A DNA stretch of 64,000 nucleotides from Octopus vulgaris (GCA_951406725.2 OX597822.1:21576001-21640000), one strand, 5' to 3'. Positions 13,177-26,425 are shown, counted from the first letter of the stretch. Numbers and translations are program-made. The notes: generated by a model not told the origin, from the letters alone.

Positions 13177-13212
<36 letters not shown>

Positions 13213-13310
13213 TATGTATATATGTGTATATATATATGTATATATATATATGTATATATATATGTATATATATATATGTGTGTATATGTATATATATATG
13301 TATATATATA
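12962..13310. repeat. (TG)n/(TA)n compound microsatellite
   Basis: Seen directly. Confidence 0.97.
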
Positions 13311-13456
13311 TTTATTGTATGTCCATTTATGTACCTTTTTATGCCTCACTTGTAAGCATAACTATTTATGCTTACAAGTTAGAACTAATTTTGTTATAAC
13401 GTTTAGAGAAATATCTACACAAATATTCTATTTCATCTAGTCTTGTGAAGTGTGAG

Positions 13457-13495
<39 letters not shown>

Positions 13496-14124
13496 TCTCC
13501 CTCCCTATAATCACATTATATTCCACTAATGTGATTAGGTAAAAATTACCTGTGTTAATTGGCAAAAATATCAGAAATACTATGATAAAGCAACAGTGCA
13601 TGGCAAAATAGACAGATGCATATATACACACAAGCAAATACACACACACACACACACGTGTGCATTCACATATGCACATACACTTTCATATATACATATG
13701 TATATACATAAATACACATACAAAGTATACATGCAGAAAAAATGCTACATCTACATAGAAACCCCCCTTCAAAATTCTTCGATATCTTTTTCTTCACACT
13801 GATTGAAGTCCATTGTTTGCAGGAATTCTGTAGAGGACGGAAGACTGGAGATAATGAATAAGGCAATAATGTTTGCTAGGCAAAATTCAAGCAAGAAAAA
13901 TGTCCTTGAGTGCTCTGCATCACGATCACCACAGTCATCAGAATCACCAGTAAACACAACAAACACTAACAATGGCAACTTTCAGACATTCTTAAAGAAC
14001 AGCAATAACTAGGAAGAAAAAAAAAAACCAACAACAAAGAAAAACATACAAAAACAACTCAGCAACAAAAGAAAGCCCAAAAAGCATAAAGAAATGAGTG
14101 CTTGTTTATGCGTCTATCTGACAT

Positions 14125-14263
14125 GTATATACATTTATATATAAATACACACACACACACACATATATACATACATACACACATACATACATACATACAT
14201 ACATCATCATCATCATCATCGTATATATATATATATATATATACACCACGCACTTACATATAT

Positions 14264-14342
<79 letters not shown>

Positions 14343-14350
14343 CATGTATA

Positions 14351-14434
<84 letters not shown>

Positions 14435-14640
14435 ATACATAAGTATATATATATACATATCTCTCTCTCTATATATATACAGATATATATACACATATAT
14501 ACATATGTACATACATGCATACATATATATATATACATATATCACGCATATACATATATCCATATATATATATATATATCCATATATATATATGCACACA
14601 CACATATACATACATACATACATACATACATACATGCATA
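14125..14640. repeat. (CA)n/(TACA)n/(TA)n compound microsatellite
   Basis: Seen directly. Confidence 0.97.
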
Positions 14641-15820
14641 TATTACATTGCTAATTAAGTTTTATTGTTACTTACAATCCAGTGTGTTGAGGGAGGCAAG
14701 TAGCAGTGTGGTGTGCGTATGTGCATTGCTGTGTGAATAATGTGTTGCAAATCAATGTGAAATACAGTTCAAATGTGACTGCAACAAACTATTGTTAGAA
14801 CCACAAGAGACTTCCTGTTTTAGTATTGTATTCTTGTAGGAAATTCTGGAAATGGTGCTGGTTTGGTGTTGGTGGTCATTAGTTGGATGTTGGTGTAATG
14901 TTTTTTTGAAACTTAAAGCCAGTGCTGGTGAATTTAAATGCTGGGTGAGATGAAGTGGTGTAATGAGTGTGTGTGGGATATATGAATCCAGTTGTTAAGT
15001 AGAATGATGATAATGATGATGATGATGACAGCACAGCAAGCAGAAAAGATTTGGTGACTGTAGAAAAGAATCATGAATATTGGATTGTGTAGTGCCATAG
15101 TGATGGAGTGGTAGGTTGTTGGAATATGATGTTTTGTGTGATTAAGGCGTAGGAAAGGAGATGGAGGTGGTGTAGAGAAAATTGGTCTGCATCAATTCAA
15201 AAGAATCAAGGGGGGGGTGGAGAAAAGATGGTGTGAAGAAGGATGGATGAAGCAGGGCAGGGTGTAAGAGACACTTGCCTAGAGTGGGGCAGTTACAATA
15301 GGAAAACAGGAAGCAGAAGAAGAGTAGGAAATCAAGATGAAATGAATCTGGTAAAGTTGAGGAAATAGAGAAGAAAACTATTGGTATAAGTACAGTGGGT
15401 TGTGCAAGGGAAATATAGAACGGAGGTGGTTGGGAAGTGAATTTGGCTGAAGCTTCATGGATGTTATATAGATTTTGATCAATGTCTGGAAAACCAGAAG
15501 GAAAAAAAACCCAAAAAAAATGAGAGAAAAATCAGAATGTTGTGGAGAATCCTTTTAAGTTTAAGATTTCAAAACAGTATATTGGTAGCTGTTTGCTTTT
15601 AGTGTTGGCTTACACCCCTACCTGCACCCAACTCAAACTTCTTTGGTCCCTTGCTTCTTTGGTTATATTTTTAACTATATGAAACTCTTTATAAACTATT
15701 CTCCCTCCTTTACCTTTCTTTCATATGTTTGAAAGACACATATGAATGCATTGGTGTGGATGTGTACAGCCCCTACCATATATGTATAGATAGATAGATA
15801 GATACCTATATATAGATAGA

Positions 15821-15859
<39 letters not shown>

Positions 15860-16014
15860 TCTGACTTCAGTTATCTTTATTCATACATACACTTGCAATA
15901 ATTCTATGTTCTATATTGCATACATACAAACATTCACTCAATCACACATACATATTTTACATTTGGTTTTACAAACATCAAAGTATCAACAAAATAGCCA
16001 GATAATACTGAAAA

Positions 16015-16051
<37 letters not shown>

Positions 16052-16608
16052 CTATATATATATGTATGTATATATATATATATATATATACATATATAGT
16101 TTAACATTATATTTACAAACTGAGTTCTTTATCATCACAACAGATATTCATACGGCTTTGCTTGAAGAAACTTAAGTAAGAACCACACTTAAAACCCAAC
16201 AATTTGCAGGTGTTATTATCGTGATGCAAAAGAACCCAAATATTATGAAATAAATACATGTCAGTGTATTTAGAAATTGTTAATATACAACAAAATCCAT
16301 ACAAATGAATTAGAAAGGAGCCACACAAACCACTAGTTTATGGTTCAATCTTTGTCTTTTTATACATTTATTTTTAGAGCTTGGTTACAGAAAGAAACAG
16401 AACTCAACAGGGTGGAATCTGTTGAAGTAGTGGTGTTAAACTAGGTGATAACAGAGTAGACCTGCAAAAGACACCCAAGAGCTAGGTGATCTTGTTAAAT
16501 TGGGTAATAGAGTTGGTCTATTACCTAATGATCTGTCACAAAGTGTTTTTAAAAGAAAATTCACTATTAAAATTTGTTAAATCATTTTTACCTGAGATTT
16601 GACACAAA

Positions 16609-16747
16609 GGCGCAGGAGTGGCTGTGTGGTAAGTAGCTTGCTTACCACCCACATGGTTCCAGGTTCAGTCCTACTGCGTGGCACCTTGGGCAAGTGTCTT
16701 CTACTATAGCCTCAGCCCGACCAAGAAAGAAGCCCGTCATATATATG

Positions 16748-16818
<71 letters not shown>

Positions 16819-17043
16819 TATATATGTGCGTGTGTGTTTGTATGTCTTTGTTTGTCCCCCTAGCATTGCTTGACAACCGAGGCTCGTGTGTTTATGTCTC
16901 CGTCACTTAGCGGTTCGGCAAAAGAGACCGATAGAATAAGTATTGGGCTTACAAAGAATAAGTTCCGGGGTCGAGTTGCTCAATTAAAGGTGGTGCTCCA
17001 GCATGACTGCAGTCAAATGACTGAAACAAGTAAAAGAGAAAGA
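16609..17043 (+). mobile_element. SINE family A with internal deletion and central (TA)n
   Basis: ggcgcaggagtggctgtgtggtaag...aggttcagtcc...aatgactgaaacaagtaaaagag. Confidence 0.95.
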
Positions 17044-17334
17044 GATGTAGTTAAAAACAGTCAAGTACAACTCTAATTTAGGGTTTAATTGTGAGGACTG
17101 AAAAAGAAGTCTGGTTGCTGTTTCTGTTTATGCAAATGTTTGAGGTTCTAATATTGTTAGGAATTGTCATTATAACTGAGTTTTTGTAATAATGGCTGTT
17201 TGTGTATTGAGTGTTGTTAATGTTGCTAAAAAACGTCATTCATATCTGTTGACCAAGGAAATAAGGAAAGAGTCTCAAAGGTGATTTTAGTGCTATAGTT
17301 GTTCCATACAGTTTATCTGAAAATTATTTCAGGC

Positions 17335-17780
17335 TAGGCTCGGGTATGGTTAAATGGTTAAGAAGCCTGCCTTCCAACCATATGGTTTGGGGTTCAGTTA
17401 CACTTCATGACATATATTTCTATTATAGCTTTAGATCTATCAAAGCCTTGTGAGACAGTTTAGTAGGTGAAAAGTGAAAGAAGTCTGTCATATGTATATG
17501 TGTGTATGTATGTGTGTGTGTACTCTTGACTTAATATCATGTTATGGTTGTAAATGAGCATCACTGTTATACAAGTGATGCTGTTCTTTCCCTGTCTTCT
17601 GTGAAAAACTTGTCTGGCCATGGGGAAATATTAGCTTGCTTGGAAGCAGGTAAGGGTTGGTGATAAAAAGGGCATCTGGTCATACTAAAAATCTACCTTA
17701 GTGAATTCCATATGACCCATGCAAGCATGGAAAAGTAGCCACTAAAATGATGGTGATAATGATGATGATAATGATGATAT
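17335..17780 (+). mobile_element. Older SINE with family A head and RTE-type 3' tail
   Basis: Head gggttcagtt...caaagccttgtgag; tail cccatgcaagcatggaaaag...atgatg shared with the RTE 3' end. A similar copy spans ~10965-11685, split by the inverted repeat. Confidence 0.7.
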
Positions 17781-18271
17781 TTCCTTGATATGAAATTGAT
17801 AGAAGGTATGCTATTTCATATAAGATTTCAATTCAGAATAATAAACATTTCAAGTGGCTGACTAATTATCCCCTTTATGGTTTAAAACGAATCTGTCTCA
17901 TTAAATGGCACTCTAGCAATAACAAAATACGGAGTTTCAGAAGATAATTAGTGATAGGAACAACAAATGATAATAACAATTAGCATAAACTATAAATTAA
18001 ATTATCAATCATCTATGTTCTGCCATTGTATATCTATTTCTACCATTTCAGTTCTTTATTATCTCATCTAGACAGAAAATTAAGACAGTCTTATATATTA
18101 CAAGTAAGGACTCATAAAGTAGGTATGGTTGTGTGATTAACAAGTTCACTTCACAACCATATTTATTCAGGTTAAATCCCACTGCATGGTGCCTTGACCA
18201 AATAATGTTTATTATAGCCTTGTGAATAAATTTAGTTGGTGGAAATTGAAAGAAGTGTGTTATACATACAT

Positions 18272-18322
<51 letters not shown>

Positions 18323-19263
18323 TACATACATACATACATCCATGCATACATACATATACAGGCTAAGCCATGTAAGAATCCTTAAGTTGGGAAAAAGTGC
18401 ATTCACGTATCTGTCAGTAGAGTGGGTATATTAATTGAAGTGTCCAGTATTATATATCCATTATGGCTGATCTTAGTAATCTACTATACACTAGGGGTTC
18501 AATGGAATGTTAGGTATCAGTCTGATTATGTAACCGTGCACTCTTCAAATGTAGTCGTTGGCAACTGCAAAACTGACTGATAAGATTGGCTGTAATGTAT
18601 ATATAATACTGTACACTTCAATTGATATATACATACACAGATGTGTGTGTATGTGTGTGTGTGTGTATGTACATATCCATTCCAGTTTCACTTTACTGGG
18701 AGGAAGCATCAGTATATCATGAAATTCCAGAGTAATGAGCCACTGGACTGGCTTAAATAAACTATACACACACACACACACACACACACATATGTTCATC
18801 ATCATCACTTAGTGTTCACTTTTGCATGATGCTCATTTATACCCTTCATATGATGTTGAAACAGACAGACAGGCAGGCAGACACACACACACACGATGTA
18901 CTTCTTTTCAGTTTCTATCTACCAGATCCCTTTGTAAAGCCTCAACGGGCCCAAGGCTATTGTAGAAACATTCATGCAAGGGACCATGCGGTGAGACTGA
19001 ACCCAACACCAGCTAGTTGAGATACATGCACACTATGACATCATTCATATCAATATTCAATTGATTCTCTTCGAAAATCCCAGTCCTTGTTACTCACTTA
19101 GCATCATTATTCCACTTAACTAGATCCTTATATTCACCCAGCCCCTGTCAAGATCCCTTCATCCCATCCAGCACATTTAATTTTACCAACAATGATTTTT
19201 AGTTTAAAAATACAAACATTACATCGACACCCAATTAATCACCATCAACTAGTATGTGTGTGT

Positions 19264-19316
<53 letters not shown>

Positions 19317-19532
19317 TAAAACTATAAGATCCAAGGAACGAGGTGTAGGAAGAAAGTTAGCTTCAAGCAAACTGCAGTTAGTATAAAAAACAACTTTCAG
19401 CAACAACAGTGAGATGGAAGGTGGTGGATGTTTGTCTTAATGAAGTATGATAAATTGAAAAAGTTTTTTTTTTATATTTCATGGTAGGCAATTAAGAATA
19501 CAAGAGTTAAGGAATGGAGTAAATAAGACCCG

Positions 19533-19579
19533 TGCTACATATGCTTCATAGTGAGCGGAACTTCACTTCTCTTCAGGCC
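19533..19579 (-). ncRNA. Minimal hammerhead motif, left arm, degenerate
   Basis: Minus strand: ggc CTGAAGA gaag...ctat GAAg catatg TA gca. Confidence 0.6.
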
Positions 19580-19609
19580 AAGGGTATCTTGATCAATCAA
19601 GATATCCTT

Positions 19610-19693
19610 GGCCTGAAGAGTAGCCTGTGGTATACACCTTGCTTGTATATTTACCACTTCTGAGGTTCCGCTTACTATAAAACATATGTAGCC
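19610..19693 (+). ncRNA. Minimal hammerhead motif, right arm, degenerate
   Basis: ggc CTGAAGA gtag...ctat aAAA catatg TA gcc; palindromic helix III acatatgt. Confidence 0.6.
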
Positions 19694-19737
19694 TGGATCT
19701 CATCTACCCCATTCCTTAACTCTTGTATAAATATATA

Positions 19738-19793
<56 letters not shown>

Positions 19794-19987
19794 CATGTAT
19801 GTATGTATCAGTGTGTGTTTATTTACATTTTAGTTCTATACAGTTTGTGTTGTCACTTCAGTCCACAAAATATCTGTTTGTTTTGCTCATTCAAAGGCAT
19901 GTGAAATAAAAGATTCCTTATTTGAAAAACAAGTAATGGTTAGCAAGAAGGGAATCTTGATGTAAAACAATGTCTTAACAGTATATA

Positions 19988-21248
19988 CAGGGGTTCGGCA
20001 AAATAATGGAAACACCTAGCATCATAGCGTCATGATTTTTAAATAACTATAAAACCATCAAAAGCTTGTTTATTTTTATGTTTTTTTTTATTTATTATTA
20101 GTGTTGCTTAATATGTTTTGCTAAAATTGCTGTTTCTTTTCAGATATCATGAGGAAAAGGTAGTTAAAATTATTCATTAACATGACAGATCTATCAGACT
20201 TTCAAAGAGGTCAAATTGTTGGTGCTCGTATGGCAGGCACTAGCGTAATGTTTGGTGATTCAAGAAGTACTGTCTCAAAAGTAACAACAGCCTGAGTAAG
20301 TGGGAAAAACCTCCTCATCGAAACACAACTCTGGAAGAAAACCAAAACTGTCAGATAGGGACCGTCAGACTCTTGCGTGAATTGTTAGAAAGGATCACAA
20401 ATGTACAACTGTCAAAATTACTGCAGTGCTTAATGACCACCTTGAGAACCCAGTTTCCACAAAAACTGTTTGCTTGGAGCTGCACAAAACCCGATTTCAT
20501 GGGAGGGCTGCAATCAGAAAATTACTACTTTCAAAAACAAACTTTGTGAAGTATTTAAAGTGGAATAAAAACCTACAGAATTGGTCCCTAGAGCAGCGGA
20601 AGAATGTTATTTTCTTGGGTGAGTCATCTGTTACCTTATTTCCGACCACTGGCTGAGTATACGTGTGGAGACAGCCAAAAGAGGCATTTCACCCAGACTG
20701 CCTTTTTCCAACTGTTAAACATAGAGGAGGATCTGTGATGATCTTGGGGCTATATCTTGGAAATCCACCAGCCCAATGATGTTCCTTTATGGCAGAATTA
20801 ATAGTCAAGGCTATTTAAGCATTTTATCTGATCAAATTCATCCTATGGTTGCGGAACTGTTTCCAGAGGGAAACACAATCTTTCAGGATGACTTATGCAC
20901 CAATTCTTACAGCTAAAGTTGTTACTGAATGGCACGAGGACCATTCTAGTGGAGTTGAACATCTCATCTGGCCACCATAGTCCCCAGATTTCAATATTAT
21001 TGGACATTTATGGTGCATTTTAGAAAAACAAGTAAGGAGTTGATATCCTCCACCAACATCACTACAAGAACTGGAGACTGTTTTAGCTGAAGAATAGATA
21101 AAAATTCCTTTGGAAGCAATTCAAACTTTGTACAAGTCCATACCTTGTAGAATTCAAGCTGTAATTACTGCCAAAGGCAGTCCTACCCCATATTAAACTA
21201 AATTTGTTTGAAATTTTAAGGTGTTTCCATTATTTTGTCCTACCCCTG
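19988..21248 (+). mobile_element. Full-length Tc1-like DNA transposon with defective transposase
   Basis: TA|caggggttcggcaaaataatggaaacacct ... aggtgtttccattattttgtcctacccctg|TA. Transposase from ATG ~20182: MTDLSDFQRGQIVGAR, GRAAIRK, FQDD, WPP*SPDFNII; several stops and frameshifts. Confidence 0.95.
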
Positions 21249-21796
21249 TATGCCTAGCATGGAAAAATAGATGTGGATATAAAATGAATGATCATAGTGT
21301 CATTAATTTCATCTATAGCTTTTACATTGATGGCTGTATTAGTGTCACCTCACTCCCTGGAGAACAACACACCTGTTTATTAATCCATCTCTACCATGTT
21401 TAACTTCCTCAATGTTTCTGAACCTCTTGATACCTTCTACATCTCTTTGTGCCAGTTGGAGAGAAACCTACCCTCACTCTTACCTTCACTCTTTCATTTC
21501 ACTTCCCATTTAGACCAAATCTCACAATTTCTCGGGCTCATCATTTCCATGTCAAAACAAAATGCATCTTTCTTATAGTTATTCCAACCTATTCTGGATG
21601 TTGCCCTACACTGAGCTTAATCTATTTACTGCCTTGCTATGCACTCTTTCTCCTAGAGTCTGGGATTTCATTCCACCTCAACTTTCAGGATTCTGCCTAA
21701 CCCATTCAGCACATTTCATTTTGCAACTTCTGTTTTCTTTGACCCTGCTGGAGCTCCCTACTTCTCTCCTTGAAGAGGGTTAAAAATTTCTCTCTC

Positions 21797-21859
<63 letters not shown>

Positions 21860-21954
21860 TCAGGAGAGGCCTTGTCCTTTAACAAATTCAGCCTAGCACA
21901 TTTATATTCATGCCTTAGTAGTCACTTCTCTAATAATAGGTCTCAAGTCTGCAA

Positions 21955-22168
21955 GCATTCAGATTATTTAGTCAAATGTAATGCTTATTGATTCACATTG
22001 CTTTGAATTAATCATGCATTATCTAGTAGCTATGAGAGTTTGATGTGATTGTATATTTCTAGAATGATATTGTAGGGCAGGTGTGAGAGGCTGGGTCTGG
22101 CCGGTTTGAACCTAAAACAGATAGAATATTTGGGCTTGATATAACTGGTTTAAATGTTAAAAGGTTAA
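21955..22168. mobile_element. piggyBac-like MITE remnant; its 5' end also occurs at ~31367-31420
   Basis: Ends aaagg|TTAA; gcattcagatta...tcaaatgtaatgcttatt matches ttaaccctttagctttcagattac...tcaaatgtgatgtttatt at 31367. Confidence 0.55.
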
Positions 22169-23500
22169 AGTGGTCGCTTAATTTCCTAAAGATAGCAACC
22201 AAATCTCCCTCAAATCAAACCTTACCATCTTAGCATCAAGACATATTGGATAATATAGTACAAAATAAATTGTTTGGTAAAAAGAACAGGATGGTCTTGG
22301 CTTGAATGATCATAAGTCTAATCATTTAAGTCTAACCTGTGGTTAAATGAAGACATAAAACTGTCTTAATTTTCCAGTGTAATTGAAATAAAGAGTACAG
22401 AAATGGTAGAACTAGAAATACAAAGGCAGAACAGGTATGCTTGATAATTTAATTTATGAACAATGGCATAAGTTTCAAGCTCTATACTGCATTCTATACA
22501 GGTGAAATGCGTCACTGATTAGGTGTTCTCAAACTTGTTATCTAACATATTGCGTCATCTGGTCATGTCTTTGAACAACCCCCAGTCTGCACATACAGCA
22601 TACACATAAGCATGTGCACATGTATTCACAGACATCATGCATATATAAATGCATGATATACGAGTATGTTCATGTTCTGGCACAGGCATTGTCATGTGGT
22701 TAGGTTTAGTTTGTAATTTGGTTTCAGTTTGATCCCAGTGAGTGACATCGTGTGCAACTGCTCCAGGCTGGTCTTGTTTTCAGTATGAAATTAAGCAGAC
22801 AGAAATATGTGTGGCAGTCTTTTGATGAGACATTGCCTGGGATATGCAGTATCCAGCCTTGTCACACACACACAGTATCAAGCTGATTCTTTCTGAGAAT
22901 TCTTTTAAAGGTACAAGTGTTTATGGAATATTCATTTACTTATATAGGAATTCAAGGAATAAGGTATTCCAGTTGAGTGAAACAAGTGGGACACTGAATA
23001 CTCATCACTGAAAGTGGTGGAGATCCATTTACCTATACATAATATTATAATTCTATCTATTAGCTGAAAGTTTATCATATCACATTACACAGATATGAAA
23101 TCACTCCACATGCACACATACACAGATACACATCAGTACACACATACATACATAGACAGATACGCATCAGAAAACAGAGCACTCAACTATTCACAGCCCA
23201 TGAGTAATAATATTTGCATCAGTTCCTAGATTTTTGTTAAGCATGAATATCGCTGCACCCTCACTCACCTGTTTTTATCATAGATATCTACTGAACTGAA
23301 ACATGGACACTCTTCATTGCTAAACTGATCATCTACACACACCACCACCACCACCGCCACCACCACCAAATATAAAATGATATAAGAGTGTATGAGTGTG
23401 CATGTATACATATAAATCTCCATATCTATGTGTGTTTGTACATATGTTTATATATATATTTGAATATATATGTATATAGATATTATATAAATGTATACAT

Positions 23501-24172
23501 GGCGTAGGAGTGGCTGTGTGGTAAGTAGCTTGCTTACGAACCTCATGGTTCCAGGTTCAGTCCCACTGTGTGGCACCTTGGGCAAGTGTCTTCTGCTATA
23601 GCCTCAGGCCGAGCAAAGCCTTGTGAGTGGATTTGGAAACTGAAAGAAGCCTGTCGTATATACGTATAGGGAGGGTTCTTACGAACTAACCCTGAAATCG
23701 GTCCGATATGGTAATAATGGAATGTTTTAGAGATTTCTGTTGACCTTTTTTTGAGTAGCGTGCGTATTGTGAAAAATTATATGGTTATGGACAGGGTGTC
23801 TAATTTCGGCATATTTGGCATTAGAAATTTTTTCGTTTGCCCTTATTTATAAGTTGTTTATAAATTTAACCTTTAAAGGTATTTTTTAATATGCTGGCCA
23901 TTGATAACATTTTTTTCGAAAAATTTTATCCTACATTAAATATATATATGTATGTGTGTGTGTTTGTGTATCTGTGTTTGTCCCTCCAACATTGTTTGAC
24001 AACTGATGCTGGTGTGTTTATGTCCCCGTAACTTAGCAGTTCGGCAAAAGAGACCAATAGAATAAGTACTAGGCTTACAAAGAATAAGTCCTGGGGTTGA
24101 TTTGCTCGACTAAAGGCGGTGCTCCATCATGGCCACAGTCAAATGACTGAAACAAGTAAAAGAGTAAAAGAG
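23501..24172 (+). mobile_element. SINE family A with a ~270-bp foreign insert (23668-23940) in its (TA)n tract
   Basis: Head ggcgtaggagtggctgtgtggtaag; tail gactgaaacaagtaaaagagtaaaagag. Confidence 0.92.
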
Positions 24173-24831
24173 TATATGTCTGTTCATATCTGTATAAGTA
24201 CATATATGTATGTGTGTGTATATATATATATATACACACTCACACACACATATATGTATATACACATATTTACATGTATATAAACAAATACATATATGTA
24301 CTCATATAAATATAGATATATGTAGTAGAAATTAAATACACAAGTAGATGTACAACTTGCACTGTTATGTAGATGTTCATTATCCAGTCGTCAATTAACC
24401 ACTATACTGATTAGTTTTACTAGTTATGAGCATTAGAGCTATGTGTGTAGATTTATATATATACACTTAAATCTATATAACAAATTAAAAGGGTGGTTTA
24501 TTAGCAATTAGAATCTAAAGGCAAAATTAATAGAGGTCGCAAAAATTATTGTTTACACTTTTACAGTTTTGAAAATCAGCATGTTTTCAATGTTTTTTTT
24601 TATATAATACTGACAGAGGTAGTTGAGTTTAACCCTAGGCATTAAGATTCACTGACGAGGATTAAGATGGTCTTCATCAAGATCTGAAATTGCAATCTAT
24701 GTACACTGGGGACTTACCTCCTTCTGTCAGTTATTAAGGTCAGTGCCTTTGTGGCTTTGGAGTTGTTTTAACTCTTATTTTTAGCAAAAGCAGTGCTAGT
24801 CAGTACCACCTGTCATTTGTGACGTCTATTA

Positions 24832-24862
<31 letters not shown>

Positions 24863-24899
24863 TATATAAGAAGATCTGTCTTCCACTGCAGAAATGTTA

Positions 24900-25220
24900 A
24901 GGCCACTCTCTTTTCCTACTACCATGACTTTTGTTTCTATATGGTTGAGATAAAGGCCAAGCATATTTGACTGTATATGAATATCAAAAATATTGACAAA
25001 GAAGTTAAATGAGAATGTCAGAAAGATAAAAACAATTATATAAGTACTATGTTGAAAAATCTAGAGCAAGAACCAAAATGCAGTAACTTGAAAGTTCTTT
25101 ACTAACAGGTGAAAGCACTTGAAGGAAACTATACTGCAAAGACAGGCAGTATCAAATCACAAGAGAGAATAGTTCTCACCGCAGCATAACAGGTAAAGCA
25201 AAGATGGTTAGAGTACATAG
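24900..25220 (+). mobile_element. Old RTE (BovB-like) endonuclease-RT linker fragment
   Basis: RKDKNNY...LKVLY*QVKALEG...GSIKSQERIVLT...QVKQRWLEY. Confidence 0.6.
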
Positions 25221-25338
25221 TATATATTTATTTATTAATATTATTTACTAATGCATTGACACAGCTCCAAATTAATAATATATGAAAGTCCTACCAAATG
25301 TACTGAGTGCCTTTTTCTTTAGTTTGTGCATGTGCATA

Positions 25339-25672
25339 GGCGCGTGGCTCAGTGGTTAGAGCGTCGAGCTTACGATCGTGAGGTTGTGAGCTCGAATCCC
25401 GGACCGGGCTGCGTCTTGTGTTCTTGAGCAACACACTTTATTTCACGTTGCTCCAGTTCACTCAGCTGTAGAAATGAGTTGCGACGTCACAGGTGCCAAG
25501 CTGTATCGGCCCTTGCTTTTCCCTTGGACAACATCGGTGACGTGGAGAGGGGAGGCCGGTATGCATGGGCGACTGCTGGTCTTCCATAAAACAACCTTGC
25601 CCAGACTTGTGCCTCAGAGGGTAACTCTCTAGGTGCAAACCCATGGTCAGTGTCTGACCGAAGGGGGTCACC
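25339..25672 (+). mobile_element. Young tRNA-derived SINE (family C)
   Basis: A box tggctcagtgg, B box gctcgaatcc, central gtgttcttgagcaa.acactttatttcacgttgctccagt; CpGs preserved. Confidence 0.9.
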
Positions 25673-25683
25673 ACCACCATATA

Positions 25684-25902
25684 CAAGGGGGTACTAAAAA
25701 GTTCGTGACTTTGGGTAAAGGAAAATACAAGAGGATCAGTTAATAATGATTTTATTCAATGAATTCCACTCTATGATTCACACACTTATAGCAGCAGTCC
25801 TTCGGTTTATCTAGGCCCTGTAAAAGAACTTGGAAGGTTGGGTCACCAACTAGGCCTTTTGTAATACCCCTAAAGCCAGAAATATTTTCAGCACACCTTC
25901 AT
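25684..25902. mobile_element. Mariner-type MITE, diverged
   Basis: TA|caagggggtactaaaaagttc..ttt and aaagccagaaatattttcagcacaccttc form imperfect TIRs. Confidence 0.6.
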
Positions 25903-25929
25903 GGGTATATATACATACATACATACATA

Positions 25930-26255
25930 GGAGCACTCTGTTAGTTGCGACGATGAGAGTCCCAGCTGATACGATCAACGGAACAGCTTGCTCGTGAAAT
26001 TAATGTGTAAGTGGCTGAGCACCCCACAAACACATGTACCCATAACGTAGTTCTCGGAGCGATTCAGCGTGACATGGTGTGTGACAAGGCTGGCCCTTTG
26101 AAATACAATTACTACTCATTTTTGCCAACTGGGTGAACTGGAGCAATGTGAAATAAAGTGTCTTGCTCAAGGACACAACATGCTACTCCGAATTGAACTC
26201 AAGACCTTACAATCGTAAGCCGAATACCCCTAACCACTAAGCCATGTGCCTTCGG
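25930..26255 (-). mobile_element. tRNA-derived SINE sharing the family C central domain, with a different tail
   Basis: Reverse complement: catggcttagtggttagg...gagttcaattc...gtgtccttgagcaagacactttatttcacattgctccagt. Confidence 0.85.
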
Positions 26256-26425
26256 CATACATACATGCATACACACATTCATGCACACATGCATACATAC
26301 ATACATACATATATATATGAGTGGACAAATGAAAGAAAAGGTCACTCAACACATTTAGTGGGAGTTACATGTTTTATTTAAAACAATTTGAACAAAAATT
26401 GAAACAAACTTTTAAATAATATATA

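Larger units (their letters stand above)
19498..19728. mobile_element. Fold-back element made of two inverted arms, each with a hammerhead motif (PLE pLTR-like)
   Basis: Outer arms atacaagagttaaggaatgg / ccattccttaactcttgtat; centre ctcttcaggccaagggtatcttgat-ca-atcaagatatccttggcctgaagag. Confidence 0.8.

Noticed and set aside
12802-14635. Many 70-160 aa ORFs rich in YI/CV/HT (also at 27.4, 28.7 and 33.1 kb)
   Set aside because: Translations of stop-free (TA)n/(CA)n microsatellites.
25339-25410. tRNA gene
   Set aside because: A and B boxes are present, but the sequence runs into a SINE body and I could not fold a complete cloverleaf.
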